Below are positions 10,257 through 19,081 of a stretch of 64,000 bases of DNA, piece after piece. Both the position numbers and the translations under genes were made by a program. How positions within the stretch are numbered: position 1 is the first letter of the stretch; every line of letters starts with the position of its first letter. The notes below the pieces were generated by a model, which searched no databases, was not told the DNA's origin, and saw only the letters and a list, made by a program, of their open reading frames with translations. Source of the stretch: Polyangiaceae bacterium (GTDB lineage Bacteria; Myxococcota_A; Polyangia; Polyangiales; Polyangiaceae); NCBI GenBank assembly GCA_965222375.1, contig CBDCTZ010000016.1, forward strand, positions 320,001 to 384,000. Reading direction: 5' to 3'.

Positions 10257-10634
10257 TCACCAATCGTCGACGCCGAGGAACTCGGCGGCAACCCGGTCCG
10301 AGGTGCGCTCGTGCTTGCTCAGCCAGGCCGTCAGCGTCTCCGCGAGGGCGCTGAGCAGCTCTTTCTGAAACGACTTGCACTGAGCTCGCAGCGCGCGAAC
10401 TCGCATCAAGAACGCCGCGTGCTCCTTCTTATGCCCCTCTGCCGCGGGGAAGTCACCCACTCGCATGAGCTCTTCTTCACGCTGGAAGTGCCTCTCCAGC
10501 TCCGCGATCACGCCGTCCATGGCGATGGCTAGCTGCTGCCAGCTCGCGCCAGCCTCGAGATCACGCTGGAACTGGGAAATGCCTTCGGATAGCTTGGCGT
10601 GCTGTGCGGCCAAGCCATCGGGTACGGTACTCAT
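10257..10634 (-). CDS. Bacteriohemerythrin
   Basis: QH..L, HFQREEELM, HKKEH..F, WL..H...D motifs. Confidence 0.9.
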   Translation of the reverse strand: MSTVPDGLAAQHAKLSEGISQFQRDLEAGASWQQLAIAMDGVIAELERHFQREEELMRVGDFPAAEGHKKEHAAFLMRVRALRAQCKSFQKELLSALAETLTAWLSKHERTSDRVAAEFLGVDDW

Positions 10635-10803
10635 TATGGAACGCGGCCTGTCCACGAACCGACGAGCCTGACTCAACTGTTGGGCGCGCGTCAACAATGC
10701 CTTCGTTGGCACGGTCTCGTAGCCCCTGCCGCGCCTCGACGCGCTGCAGCGGACGCACACTCTTCTCAGGTCAGCTAGCTGCGCATCAGCTCCGGCGGCC
10801 CTT

Positions 10804-10852
10804 GGCGGGAGTAGTGGCCCAGAATGGCCCAGGGATGCGACCCCAACCCAAA
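10804..10852 (+). repeat. GTAG/REP-like dispersed repeat, copy 2 (empty)
   Basis: GGCGGGAGTAGTGGCCC...CAGGGATGCGACCCCAACCCAAA. Confidence 0.7.
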
Positions 10853-11462
10853 CGACTCCACTGGCCTGGAAGGTGACCGTGCCAGGTATGATTCGCTGAT
10901 GTGGTGGTTGCCGTGTCGGATTGGGTCGCCGGTTCCGCAGGATCCGACGGAACTGGTCGACGCCGAGATTGTCGATGCGCACGGCAAGGCTTGGCGGTTT
11001 CGGGATAAGCTGGCCGTCTTTCGTGAAGGGCGCAAAGGTCGCGGGGCGGGCGACGACGGTATTCGCTGCGTGCTCACTCGCTTGGGTCGCGTAGACGGGC
11101 GGGTCGCCTATTGGGTGTCGACGGCCAGCCCCGACGATGTGGCGTCCCTCGATGGCGACGAAACCGATTTCGTCGTTTTCGAAGTGCGGTATTCGTCGCA
11201 CCCCCAAGACCACGAGGCAAAGCTGGCGACGATCCCTCGGGCGACTGGCATGATCGATATCGACGTGCTGCAACACACCATCGCCCTCGCCCTGGGCGTG
11301 CTGCCACCAGACGCCCAATTCAACGATGCGAAGCCCTTCTACTGGTCCGTCGGCGACGACGTCGGCGACTTCACGCTCCAGATTGTGACGCGCCTTGTAT
11401 GTCGCGGGGAACTGATCGAAGACCCCGACGATCCGACGCTGCTGAGCTGGTCGCGTCGCTGA
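10824..11462 (+). CDS. Hypothetical protein (true start probably downstream of 10824)
   Basis: ORF with normal amino-acid composition. Confidence 0.45.
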   Translation: MAQGCDPNPNDSTGLEGDRARYDSLMWWLPCRIGSPVPQDPTELVDAEIVDAHGKAWRFRDKLAVFREGRKGRGAGDDGIRCVLTRLGRVDGRVAYWVSTASPDDVASLDGDETDFVVFEVRYSSHPQDHEAKLATIPRATGMIDIDVLQHTIALALGVLPPDAQFNDAKPFYWSVGDDVGDFTLQIVTRLVCRGELIEDPDDPTLLSWSRR

Positions 11463-11761
11463 GGGGTCTCGGCGCGTGGTTTCAGTCGGGCTTCCCGCGG
11501 ACAGCGCGAATCACCCAAGCGAGCTGCCACGGGTGCGCAGACCCCGGGTGTAGGGTACTGCCTCTAGGGGAAAGTCGGATTTTCGGGCCTTGTCGGCGGG
11601 CAGATAGGCCAGCCGATTCTCGGGAAGCTGCGCATCCGCAGCCCTGCAGCCCGACGTTGAGAGCGGGTCTTGCGTGCGAATCGCCTTGTTGGTGCCAGTC
11701 CCACGGGCGAATCCCTTCGAGAGTGGTACACCCATTGCTAGGTGTATCCGCTATGGTGGCG

Positions 11762-13060
11762 ATGAAACATCGATACTGTTTGAGCCTGGTCCTGGCGATT
11801 GGCTGTGCAAGTTGCAGTTCCGAGCGAGCAGACGACCTAGGCAACGGCAGTGCTGGCGGTGGAGGGAGCGCAGGCGCAGCGGGGACAGTAGGCGTTGGCG
11901 GCGGCGGTACCGCGGGTGCTGGCGGCGGTGCTGGAAGCGGGGCCAGCAGCGGGGCGGGTGGTGACGCCGGCGCGTCCGGAAGTGGTGGTAGCGCCGGGAG
12001 TGGCGGGAGCGGAGGCAGCCCACCCGGCGGCGGGAAGCTGACGTGGTCCGGTGATTTCGACAACCACGACTTCTCCAACTTCCACAGCTCCACCGACCCC
12101 AAGAAGATCTTCTTCTGGCTGGTTTCGGACTACGGCCGCCCGCCGCAATACGGCGGCCAGGTCAACGGGCACAGCGGCAATGGGGACCTGCTGGACTTGG
12201 TGTCGTCTCCAACGCGGGGAGGTAAGTATGCCGCGCGCTTCACGGTGAAGAACTCCGCAAACGGCTCCGAGCCGGCGGACTGCGACCCGGCTCTCGATTG
12301 CAAGACGCGCCGCACAGGGCTCCAGATGACGACGACCCTCCTCAAGTATTACAACGCCATGCCCTACGGCGCGGAGCGCTGGCTCTCCTTCAGCATTTAC
12401 CTGCCCACGGACTTCGACCCGTCGGGGTCGGGCTTTGGACCCTCTATTTGGGGAAGTAAGGGATCCCTGCAGCAGTGGCCGGGTTGGGCGGGGCTCTTCA
12501 TACGACCGGAGGGTTGGGTCTTCGCGCATCGCTACTTCTCCAAGGCCATGCACGATGTCGGCGTCAACCCCAACCAGGAATGGTGGCTGACCACAGAGTA
12601 CAGCGCCACCTATCCCAGCTCGAGTTCGTGGGCGCAGGGTTTAGTGGACTATCCCAATGCGGCCGCATCAAAGGCGGCCCTCGGCAACTTGAACAAGGGG
12701 GGCTGGACGGACTTCGTGCTTCACTTCCGCACCGACGTGGATGACTTCAAAAACAACACGGGATTTCTGGATGTTTACATGCGCGCTGGCTCCCAGCCCT
12801 GGGTCCACGTGCTCGACATCGATCCCTTGAAGGGCGTTGCGAAGGAGTCTTCCTGGGTCACCTCCAAGCCCGAACGAGTCTACGACCGGGGCATCGGTCA
12901 GTACGGCCCCGGAGGCTACACCACACAGATCGGTCTCTACATGGCCAAGGGACGCGTCTGGAATGACAAGCATGACATGACGATGTACGTCGACAACTAC
13001 AAGATCGGCGACGAGAACATGCTCTTTACCCAGATGTCCCATGACGGTTCGTCTCCCTGA
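11762..13060 (+). CDS. Lipoprotein with Gly/Ser linker and polysaccharide lyase-like (heparin lyase I / PL20-like beta-jelly-roll) domain
   Basis: Lipobox; PTRGGKYAARFTV...R..L, W.SFSIYLP.D, GGWTDFV...GFLDVY, ...Y.DNYKIG pattern. Confidence 0.65.
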   Translation: MKHRYCLSLVLAIGCASCSSERADDLGNGSAGGGGSAGAAGTVGVGGGGTAGAGGGAGSGASSGAGGDAGASGSGGSAGSGGSGGSPPGGGKLTWSGDFDNHDFSNFHSSTDPKKIFFWLVSDYGRPPQYGGQVNGHSGNGDLLDLVSSPTRGGKYAARFTVKNSANGSEPADCDPALDCKTRRTGLQMTTTLLKYYNAMPYGAERWLSFSIYLPTDFDPSGSGFGPSIWGSKGSLQQWPGWAGLFIRPEGWVFAHRYFSKAMHDVGVNPNQEWWLTTEYSATYPSSSSWAQGLVDYPNAAASKAALGNLNKGGWTDFVLHFRTDVDDFKNNTGFLDVYMRAGSQPWVHVLDIDPLKGVAKESSWVTSKPERVYDRGIGQYGPGGYTTQIGLYMAKGRVWNDKHDMTMYVDNYKIGDENMLFTQMSHDGSSP

Positions 13061-13138
13061 AGTCGAGCCAACTTCGCGGAAATATCGCGGGATGGAAGTA
13101 CGCCGTCGCGGCGCCGCTGATTGCGAAGGGTCGCACCA

Positions 13139-14446
13139 ATGAAAACAACGAGAGAGTGGCTTTTCATCTTGGTTGCGCTTGGAGCATGCAGCGTGAGCTG
13201 CGGTTCCGAGTCGGCGAGCGATCCACGCCCGGGAGGTGGAGGCAGGTCGGGTAGCGGCGGTATCGCTGGAAGTGCGGGTGCCACCTCAGGAGGTACGAGC
13301 GGATCTGGTGCAAGCAGTAGCGGTGGCAGCAGCACGGGGGGTGGTGGCGCCGGTGGTGCGAGCGGCGGCCCGACAGGAGGTTCCGGGGGTGGGGCCGGCA
13401 CAGGACCGAACATCGTCTGGGAGGCGCACTACGAGAACCCGATCTACCCCTACCTGGATTGGCACAGCAAGACCGAGACCCATCCGCAGTTCGCGCAGAT
13501 CCCCGCGTACGGGCGGCCGGTTGAACCCAACCCCAACAACACTAGTGCCCAGTCCAGCTACTTCGGTGACGGCAGCTTGTCGGAGATCGTCACCAGTCCG
13601 GTCCGCTGCGGGAAGCACGCCCACAAGCTCACCGTCAAGAACTCTGCGAACGGTAGCGAACCCGCCGATTGCGACAACGGGCTGTGTACGCGAAGAAGAA
13701 CGGAGCTGCAGCACCATCTCGTGCTCTTTCCGAACGACGGTCATATGGCTTATCTCCAGGAGTACTGGATGGCCGTCAGCGTTTACGTGCCCGCCGATTG
13801 GGATTCGGGGGGCACGGGTTGGGGACCGCTCCTCTTTCAGATCAAGTCACCCAAGACGAACGCCATCAGCCCCACGTTCGGCATCGCCCTCACCAACGGG
13901 GCTTGGCGCGTTGGCCACATCTGGTCCCACGTGGACAACCCCAACAGTTCCGGTGTGATTCCCTGGCAGTACCAGATGTATTATCACGGCGACGACCCGG
14001 GCACTGGTGGCGGCCCTTATCCCAACTCGAGCACGTGGTCGGATGGGTTGGCTCACTTTCCCAACGTTGCCGCGTCCCATGCAGCGCTCGCGAACCCCAA
14101 CAAGGGTGGCTGGACGGATTGGGTCATCAACGTGAAGTGGGACGGGCGCGGTTCCGACCAGGGCGGGACCGGCTTCTTGAAGGTGTGGAAGCGCGTAGGC
14201 TCGGGTTCTTGGGTGCACGTGCTAAATATCCTCCCCGGGAAAACAACCCGCGGTGGGATGACGTTCGATCATGGCATTGGCTACAAGGTGCCGGGTAGCG
14301 GCTTCGGGCCCGGTGCAGGCATGTACATGCAAAAGTCGCAGGTTTGGGGCTTGCCCAAAAGCCGCGTCGTCTACAACGACTGCATCAGGATCGGCAGCGC
14401 CAAGGCGACCTTCGCAGAGATGTCCCCGGACGGATCGACGCCGTGA
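13139..14446 (+). CDS. Tandem paralogue: lipoprotein with polysaccharide lyase-like domain
   Basis: Shares TVKNSANGSEPADCD, NKGGWTD and the C-terminal MS.DGS.P with the previous gene; RRTEL and FQ.K lyase-like motifs. Confidence 0.65.
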   Translation: MKTTREWLFILVALGACSVSCGSESASDPRPGGGGRSGSGGIAGSAGATSGGTSGSGASSSGGSSTGGGGAGGASGGPTGGSGGGAGTGPNIVWEAHYENPIYPYLDWHSKTETHPQFAQIPAYGRPVEPNPNNTSAQSSYFGDGSLSEIVTSPVRCGKHAHKLTVKNSANGSEPADCDNGLCTRRRTELQHHLVLFPNDGHMAYLQEYWMAVSVYVPADWDSGGTGWGPLLFQIKSPKTNAISPTFGIALTNGAWRVGHIWSHVDNPNSSGVIPWQYQMYYHGDDPGTGGGPYPNSSTWSDGLAHFPNVAASHAALANPNKGGWTDWVINVKWDGRGSDQGGTGFLKVWKRVGSGSWVHVLNILPGKTTRGGMTFDHGIGYKVPGSGFGPGAGMYMQKSQVWGLPKSRVVYNDCIRIGSAKATFAEMSPDGSTP

Positions 14447-14471
14447 GTCGCCTCGCAGGCGCACCAGCGCC

Positions 14472-15158
14472 TCAGGGCTTCTTGGATTGGCAGGATTGGA
14501 CGTCGCCGGTGACGCAGGCGCGGCGGCGGGCGGCGGAGGCTTCGCCGTGGTGGCCTTGCGCTGCGGCGAACTCGGCGAAGACGGAGCAAGAGAACGAGCC
14601 CAGATCGCGACAACTGTCCGTCGCCAACGTCATGGCCGCAGCTTTGTCTTGGGCCACGCCTTGGCCTCGGTGCAGGGCAAGGGCTTGCATTCCGCAGGCG
14701 AAGGGCTCGCCCGCGGCGCAAGTGCGCTCGAAGATCTGATACGCACAGTCGTGATCGCTCTTATCGCCGCTGAGTCGCGCCAATCCGGCGGCGTAGTTGG
14801 TGCACGCATTGTGGTTTTGCATACGGCATGCCCGCGCGAAGGCGGCGTCCCGGCCCGGATCTTTTGCAGCCTCGAGGGCGTAGGCCACCTCCACGCATGC
14901 CGCGGAGTCATTGGCTTTGCACAGCCGCACGCACTCGGCGCTCGATGCTTTGCGACAGGGCGAGCGCTCCGAATTCAGATCGTAGGTTTTCAGTCGAAGC
15001 TCTTCCGCAAGACACTTGGGGCCGTCGGGCTCCTTGTCGGGAGCGGCCGTCGCTGTGGGGCCCGCATGCCCCCGAGCATCGCTGGGCTCGCGAGCCTGCT
15101 TGCCCCCGCACGAAGTTGGGAGCACCAGCGCGAAGAGAAGTGTGAGGGTTCGAGTCAT
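14472..15158 (-). CDS. SEL1-like repeat, Cys-rich lipoprotein
   Basis: Lipobox TSC; repeated A.AC / AC..G...C and G.GVAQD..AA motifs. Confidence 0.75.
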   Translation of the reverse strand: MTRTLTLLFALVLPTSCGGKQAREPSDARGHAGPTATAAPDKEPDGPKCLAEELRLKTYDLNSERSPCRKASSAECVRLCKANDSAACVEVAYALEAAKDPGRDAAFARACRMQNHNACTNYAAGLARLSGDKSDHDCAYQIFERTCAAGEPFACGMQALALHRGQGVAQDKAAAMTLATDSCRDLGSFSCSVFAEFAAAQGHHGEASAARRRACVTGDVQSCQSKKP

Positions 15159-15486
15159 GGCGTCCGCGGTGGTCGACTCTAGACCACTCGCGGCGAGTTC
15201 GAAGCCTTTCGTCTGCGGCCGCTAGACGACCGGGAAATCTGTCGGCCGTGAAAGGCGAACTGCGGCGCCTGCCCTGCGCACCCAGCGCCCCGCGGGGTGC
15301 TGGGCGGACTCGGGCGCCTGCCCGGCGCGCCGCGGGGCCCAGGGAGATGTGATGGGGTGGCTCGTGACCTGGTAGGTAGCCGCCGAGGCGTCTTTCGGAT
15401 GCGGAGGGCTGCCATGGTGGCCGTTCTGCATACGGTGTTCGCTTGGGCGCCGGACGCGCGAGCGATGGCTTTGCGCGAGGCGACAG

Positions 15487-15574
15487 TGGCTGTCTCCTCA
15501 TTAACGAGGTCACCGGAAACCGGGCCTCAATCAACAGACGCGCTCAAAGGCGCAGTGATTAGAGGAGACAGCCA
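15487..15574 (+). promoter_or_regulatory. 13-bp perfect inverted repeat able to sequester the transposase RBS
   Basis: TGGCTGTCTCCTC (15487-99) is complementary to GAGGAGACAGCCA (15562-74), which contains the RBS and the A of ATG. Confidence 0.6.
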
Positions 15575-16158
15575 TGGAGCATATTGGAGTCGATCTGGGT
15601 GGAAAACAATCGCAGGTGTGTGTGCGGGCCGCGGACGAAGGAATTCTGCTGGAGAAGAGGATCGCGACCAGCAGTTTGATGTGCTTCTTTCAGCACCAGC
15701 CCAAGAGCCGAATTGTACTGGAAACGTGTTCGGAAGCATTCCGAGTCGCCGACTGGGCTCTGGAATGTGGACACGAGGTGCGTGTGGTCCCAGCAACGTT
15801 GGTGCGCAGTTTGGGGGTCGGGGCTCGAGGCATCAAGACCGACCGGCGCGATGCGCAGGTCCTCAGCGAAGTCTCGTGCCGTATCGACTTGCCATCGGTG
15901 CACATCCCGGCGGAGCAGGCTCGCGACAGACGCACGATGTGCGCAATGCGCGAGCAACTGCTTGGTGCACGCACGGCATTGGCAAATGCAGTGCAAGGCT
16001 GGAGGCGTACGCAACTGTTGAAAATGTGCTCCGGCGAGCCCACGACCTTGCCCACACGCCTCCGCGCTGCAGCCCTCGCTCATCCCGATGGATTGCCGCA
16101 GCGTAACCGTTCAGGGGTTGGGTTGAGGGCCCGGCTCGGGACGTGAGATTCGTGGCGC

Positions 16159-16572
16159 ATGGCGAAGACGACGAGTAACAGCGAGGGATTGTCGGAGCGG
16201 ATCGAGCAGCTGGTTCGGGAGCACATCGCGGAAAGCCGGCGGAGCGCGCAGGAGGCGGTCGAGCGAGGCTTCGCGGTGGCGGAGACGCGGGCTGCCAGGG
16301 CGCGGAAGTCATCGACAGGGTCGAGAGGTCGCACGGGACGTCGCCGTCCACCCGAGGAAGTTACGGCGATTGGGCAGCGGCTCTACGCGGCCATCTGTGC
16401 GAGCCCCGGCAAGGGCATGGCGGCGCTGGCAGAGGAAGTCGGCATTTCGGTGCGCGAGCTGCACCGACCGATGACGCGTTTGAGGAGTGCGGGGCAGATC
16501 CGGAGCGTCGGTTCCAAGCATCTGACGCGGTACTTCCCGATGGCGGTGGACGCCGCGGCCGATACTGAGTGA
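16159..16572 (+). CDS. Passenger winged-HTH-like protein within IS66
   Basis: AI..SPG...AALAEEVG......L..PM..L...G.I...G....TRYF pattern; identical in both IS copies. Confidence 0.65.
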   Translation: MAKTTSNSEGLSERIEQLVREHIAESRRSAQEAVERGFAVAETRAARARKSSTGSRGRTGRRRPPEEVTAIGQRLYAAICASPGKGMAALAEEVGISVRELHRPMTRLRSAGQIRSVGSKHLTRYFPMAVDAAADTE

Positions 16573-16573
16573 C

Positions 16574-18028
16574 TCAAGCTGCTGCGGTCTTGAACAAGGA
16601 GGGCCAGTTTGTCCCCTCCATGCGAGCTTGGCAGGACTCGGCGAGGAAAGTCAGCACGTTCTTGTTCTGCTTGCGCGCCGTGTGCGCGATGGTCATCACG
16701 CGCTCAGCGAAGACGTTGCCACGCTTGCTCTGGCTTCCGAACGAGCCCTTGCGCCAGAGCACGAAAGCGCGCAGTTCCCTTTCGGCATGGTTGTTTGTCG
16801 GCTCCACGTCATCGCGCTCGATGAAGGTCCAAAGCGCCTCCTTGTATTTCAGAATGTTGGCGCACGACCCCGACAAGTCCTTGATGTCGAGGAGGACAGC
16901 CTTCTCGAACATGGCCTCCATCTGCTGCCGCAGCGGAGCCATCCACGCCAGAAATCGCTCCCGGGTCATTTTCCCCGCCCGGTAGTCGCGCCAATAATCG
17001 AACAAGATGCCGGTGTAGCCGAGCAAGTCTCGGCCAAGCGCGCCGGCGGGACCATCGCGCTCCGAGAACGACACAAACTTACGTAGCAAATGCGCCCAAC
17101 AGATCTGCCGGCGCTCCGCCGCCCAGAAAGTAAGTGCTGTGGCGCGATCACTTACCAAGATCCCATTCAGGTCGCCGAACAACGGCCGGAGTGTGTCTTT
17201 GGCGCCATCGGCGAGGATCCGGAACACCGTCACCGCCGCGGTGGCGATGGTCCAAAGGGACATCGTCGTGCCTGCCTGAAACCAGGTTGTTCCATCGGTG
17301 TGTTTCACATCGGCCTGGACCGCATGGTCCCAGGCTTCATTGACCGCGGGCGCGAGCGCGTCGCTGACGCGCTCTTCGACCGCACTGATCGCGCCGAGTG
17401 AAACCGAGACGCCCAGCACATCGGCAAGTAGCCCTTGCGCCTTGCGCCGGCTGAGATGATACACGCCCGTAAAGAGAGCCACTAACGCCATCAGGCGAGG
17501 TCCAAATGAGGACGTTGGGATCAGAGATTCGTCGTAGCGCGCGCAAGTGACATGGGCGCAGCCTGCGCAGGCTACCGCGTGGCGACGATACTCGGTCGTG
17601 TGCGGGCGGATGGGTGGGACCTCGGTCACCTGGTGACGATGGGCGTGCGGGTCGCGGACTTCCGGCAGCGGTTTCCAGCAATTTTCGCACTCGCGTGGGA
17701 AGTGGTCGACGAACTTGTCCACCTGATCTTCCGGCACCAAGTTTCGGTGGCTGCCCGGGTGCCCCTTCTGCCCACCTCGCTTGCGCTTCTTCTGCTTGGC
17801 CCGCGATCGACGCTCCTTCCGATTGCCCGGGGGATCGCTGGACGGTGGCTTGTGCGAATTCGACGAGTTTTGATTCAGCTTCTCCAGCAAGCTAGCAACC
17901 TGCTGCTCAAGCTCCGCGATGCGGGCATCCTGCTCCGCGATGCGCGCATCCTGCTCCGCGATGCGGGCATCTTTGGCTGCAACTTCAGCCTCGAGCTGCC
18001 GGGTACGGTCGGCCTGCGGATCGCTCAC
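16574..18028 (-). CDS. IS66 transposase (TnpC-like)
   Basis: Coiled coil, NSS.SHKPPSSD, GGQKGHPG, zinc-ribbon cysteines, HTDGT, LVSDR, QICWAHLLR, EPTNNHAERELR. Confidence 0.95.
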   Translation of the reverse strand: MSDPQADRTRQLEAEVAAKDARIAEQDARIAEQDARIAELEQQVASLLEKLNQNSSNSHKPPSSDPPGNRKERRSRAKQKKRKRGGQKGHPGSHRNLVPEDQVDKFVDHFPRECENCWKPLPEVRDPHAHRHQVTEVPPIRPHTTEYRRHAVACAGCAHVTCARYDESLIPTSSFGPRLMALVALFTGVYHLSRRKAQGLLADVLGVSVSLGAISAVEERVSDALAPAVNEAWDHAVQADVKHTDGTTWFQAGTTMSLWTIATAAVTVFRILADGAKDTLRPLFGDLNGILVSDRATALTFWAAERRQICWAHLLRKFVSFSERDGPAGALGRDLLGYTGILFDYWRDYRAGKMTRERFLAWMAPLRQQMEAMFEKAVLLDIKDLSGSCANILKYKEALWTFIERDDVEPTNNHAERELRAFVLWRKGSFGSQSKRGNVFAERVMTIAHTARKQNKNVLTFLAESCQARMEGTNWPSLFKTAAA

Positions 18029-18650
18029 CAGCGTCCCAATCGCCCATTTTTGCGAAGATGGAAAGCCGATTGAAATAATGGAGCAATCTCGATCGCTTGC
18101 GCGAGACCGCGGTGTCCAGGCGCCCTACCCCTGAACGGTTACGCCGCAGCACGTCGAGCGTCTTTTGCAGGCCATCGAAGCTCTCAACGTGCAGATCAAG
18201 GAAGCCAACGAGGAGCTCAGGGCCCTGGCGAAGAAGGACCCAGTCTGTCAGCGTCTCATGACGGTGCCCGGTATCGGTCCGGCAACCAGCATGCGCTTTG
18301 TGGCAGCACTCGACGACAGGACACGTTTTCCGAGCGCTCACTCTGTCGAAGCCTTTCTTGGGCTGACTCCGGGCGAGAAATCCAGCGGCGATCGTCAGCA
18401 ACGGCTCGGGATCACCAAGGCCGGACCGGCGATGGTGCGCACCAACTTGGTGCAGGCGGCGTGGACCTTTCGGCGTACACGGCCCAACGACCCAATGTCC
18501 AAGTGGGCAGAGCAAATCGAGCAACGCCGTGGCAAATTCATCGCTACCGTGGCGTTGGCCCGCAAACTAGCTGGCGTGCTCTTCGCGTTGTGGCGCGACG
18601 GCTCTGTATACGAGCTCAACCATCGAAAGGCAGCGCAAACCGTGGCGTAG

Positions 18651-19009
18651 AAAACCTCCAGACTCCGGCAGCCCACAAGGTTGACCTGAGAAAGCCAATC
18701 AACGGCTGTCCAGAGGCGGTGAGCGCGTTACTCTCGCTCCAGGCGTCCAGCGAAAGCTGGCCACGACCTTGTCACGGCGATTGCGCCCCGCCAACGGACC
18801 TCCACCTATGCGCCATTGCGAGCGCGAATAGTCGATTCAGACAGCCCGTTCTTGGTTTCCTCGTCTTCCGACAAGCCACGACCGCGAATAGTCGATTCAG
18901 ACAGCCTGAGCTGGACTTTCTCCCCAACCAACGCGCTGCCGACGAAGAACTCCCCTCTACCTCAGGGCGACGGACCACTTTGTTCTGGACGGACAGGCCA
19001 CCCCATAGT
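18651..19009 (+). ncRNA. Putative bridge/seek RNA in the IS110 right non-coding end
   Basis: GAGGCG (18713-18) and TACTCTCGC (18729-37) match the two strands of the reconstructed target; ATAGTCGA (18828-35, 18888-95) matches the element end 19005-12. Confidence 0.65.
18823..18906. repeat. 24-nt direct repeat CGCGAATAGTCGATTCAGACAGCC x2 with a 36-nt spacer
   Basis: Copies at 18823-46 and 18883-906. Confidence 0.9.
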
Positions 19010-19057
19010 CGAGAGTAGTGGCCCGGATCCGTCAAGGGACCCGACCCCCAAAACCAA
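19010..19057 (+). repeat. GTAG/REP-like dispersed repeat, copy 3 (IS110-occupied; left flank at 15469-15483)
   Basis: CGAGAGTAGTGGCCC...GGGACCCGACCCCCAAAACCAA. Confidence 0.75.
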
Positions 19058-19081
19058 TTCACCCACGCTGGCTCTACGGCG

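Larger units (their letters stand above)
16103..18142 (-). mobile_element. IS66-family element (single transposase, ISBst12-like), 2040 bp, copy 1
   Basis: TIR GTAACCGTTCAGGGGT at both ends; 8-bp TSD GCCGCAGC (16095-16102, 18143-18150). Confidence 0.95.
15574..18650 (+). pseudogene. IS110 transposase/recombinase (DEDD RuvC + Tnp20), interrupted by IS66; 342 aa when rejoined (15574-16102 + 18151-18650)
   Basis: IGVDLG, VLETCS, IKTDRRDA in the N-part; TVPGIG, LGLTP.EKSSG, GITKAG, VALARKL in the C-part; frame restored as DGLPQHVERLLQ. Confidence 0.93.
15484..19012 (+). mobile_element. IS110-family (IS1111-like) element, ~1481 bp after removing the nested IS66 and one TSD copy
   Basis: CGA core on both sides (15481-83, 19010-12); the rejoined flanks recreate the repeat found empty at 30029-30056; subterminal IRs GTGGC(C)TGTC; long 3' non-coding end. 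Confidence 0.8.

Noticed and set aside
10257..11761. Long N-terminal extensions of ORFs 10257-11318 and 11111-13060, and other long antisense ORFs
   Set aside because: Typical high-GC shadow frames that overlap better-supported genes; starts were reassigned to domain or signal-peptide boundaries
18823..18906. Mini-CRISPR (24-nt repeats, 36-nt spacer)
   Set aside because: Only two repeats and no cas genes; the repeat contains the IS110 donor-matching sequence, so it is better explained as part of the IS RNA
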